The notes beneath the pieces were generated by a model that saw nothing but the letters and a program-made list of their open reading frames with translations, searched no databases and was not told the origin of the DNA. The translations under genes and the position numbers were made by a program. Below, piece after piece: positions 63,020 through 64,000 of a stretch of DNA of 64,000 nucleotides (positions are counted from its first letter, which is position 1; each line of letters begins with the position of its first letter). Source of the DNA: an uncultured Verrucomicrobiota bacterium (GTDB taxonomy: Bacteria; Verrucomicrobiota; Kiritimatiellia; CAIKKV01; CAITUY01). The stretch covers positions 2,780 to 66,779 of the forward strand of contig CAZTAJ010000006.1 in the NCBI GenBank assembly GCA_964611575.1, in the 5' to 3' direction.

Positions 63020-64000
63020 CGAGTTCTTCCCGCCGCGCCCGGCCTCGCGGCCCACGGTCTACGCCTACGAGGATACGAACCCGCAGTATGCCGGCCTTCT
63101 TAAGGTCGGCTACACGACCGTGGACGCGCAGAACCGTGTCGCGCAGCAGTATCCCACGTTGCGCCCAGGTAAATCGCCGTACCGGATCGTTCTGGAAGAA
63201 CCCGCCATGCGCAGCGACGGTACGGTATTCACCGACCGCGACGTACACCGAATGCTGCGCGTCAACGGCGTCAAGAATCCGAGCGGTGAGTGGTTCCAGG
63301 GCACGGTCGCCCAGGTCAAAACGGCCATCATCGCCGTCCGGACCGGCCAACTGAATGAGGAAAACCGGTCGCTGGATTTCAAGATGCGCCCGGAACAGGA
63401 AGCGGCGGTCGAGAAGACGGCGGTGTACTTCGGCAGTTGGCGTAAAGAGAAGGGCAACCGGAACAAATCGCCCCACTTCCTCTGGAACGCCAAAATGCGC
63501 TTCGGCAAGACCTTCGCCGCCTACCAGTTGGCGAAGCAGATGGGCTGGCGCAAGGTGCTGGTCCTCACGTTCAAGCCAGCGGTGCAATGCGCCTGGGAAG
63601 AGGACTTGAAATGCCACGTGGACTTCAAGGGCTGGCAGTTCATTTCCCCCGGCGGACTCTCCTACGAGGAGGCCGACAAGAAGAAGCCGTTCGTCTGTTT
63701 CGGGTCGTTTCAGGACTACCTGGGCCGGAATCCCAGCACCGGCGGCATCAAGACCAAGAACGAGTGGGTCCACTCGACGCACTGGGATTGCGTGATTCTG
63801 GACGAATACCACTACGGCGCATGGCGGGAGAACGCGAAGGAACTGTTTGAGGCAGAGGACGAGAAAGAGGTGAAGTTCGGCCAGGGGGAAGGTATCGAGG
63901 ACTTCGACGAAGACATCATGCCGATCACCACGGACGGCTACCTCTACCTCTCAGGCACACCGTTCCGGGCCATTGCCTCCGGCGAGTTCATCGAGGAGCA
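63012..64000 (+). CDS. GIY-YIG/T5orf172-like nuclease domain fused to an SF2 (ResIII/DEAH) helicase; partial, runs off window
   Basis: My own translation, as this ORF is not in the track; the frame stays open to nt 64000. GTG 63012 follows a GGGAGGAAG RBS. N-terminal VYAYED...LLKVGYTT...GEWF, Walker A MRFGKT and motif II ILDEYH. Confidence 0.75.
   Translation, partial: MSNEFFPPRPASRPTVYAYEDTNPQYAGLLKVGYTTVDAQNRVAQQYPTLRPGKSPYRIVLEEPAMRSDGTVFTDRDVHRMLRVNGVKNPSGEWFQGTVAQVKTAIIAVRTGQLNEENRSLDFKMRPEQEAAVEKTAVYFGSWRKEKGNRNKSPHFLWNAKMRFGKTFAAYQLAKQMGWRKVLVLTFKPAVQCAWEEDLKCHVDFKGWQFISPGGLSYEEADKKKPFVCFGSFQDYLGRNPSTGGIKTKNEWVHSTHWDCVILDEYHYGAWRENAKELFEAEDEKEVKFGQGEGIEDFDEDIMPITTDGYLYLSGTPFRAIASGEFIEE

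Overview
This is a GC-rich (by eye, not computed) bacterial chromosomal window with about 50 protein-coding genes, most on the minus strand. I found no rRNA, tRNA or CRISPR array. All family calls come from motifs I recognised by reading the translations; no searches were run. The gene content hints at a PVC-superphylum-like organism (inference only): a BatA_N/vWA/DUF58/MoxR operon with a DUF4175-type giant, an FHA-sigma54 activator, two eukaryote-like Ser/Thr kinases and giant secreted glycan-type proteins.

Blocks, left to right:
- 1-7.4 kb: an oxidoreductase, a wHTH/CreD/membrane cluster, RidA and a flavodoxin-like gene.
- 7.4-22.3 kb: a minus-strand run from a GntR/PBP regulator through three giant proteins to a glycyl-radical enzyme, a thioesterase, a kinase and a Zn-ribbon protein.
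- 22.4-23.2 kb: a YqjD/YqjE-like pair.
- 23.3-23.75 kb: a 650-bp gene-free region holding a 225-nt hairpin flanked by 30-bp perfect direct repeats.
- 23.8-30.9 kb: Dus, two URO-D paralogs, a clan-A glycosidase and an ATP-cone kinase.
- 30.9-45.1 kb (window centre): a tightly coupled six-gene MoxR-DUF58-BatA/vWA-vWA-DUF4175(1797 aa)-alpha/alpha-toroid operon. It is preceded by a good sigma54 promoter match and sits next to a divergent FHA-sigma54 activator and a Ser/Thr kinase. This is my best candidate for an undescribed system.
- 49-54.4 kb: sugar-related enzymes and an IS remnant.
- 54.5-59.7 kb: ppk2-murG-pyrK-pyrD.
- 59.75 kb to the window end: a seemingly lower-GC restriction-modification-like island with a half-methyltransferase, an Eco57I-type methyltransferase, an embedded Bro-N gene and a GIY-YIG-helicase that runs off the window.

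A family of degenerate heptanucleotide tandem tracts (RAACCCK / AGGTGGG type) recurs in intergenic DNA and in-frame inside several genes.
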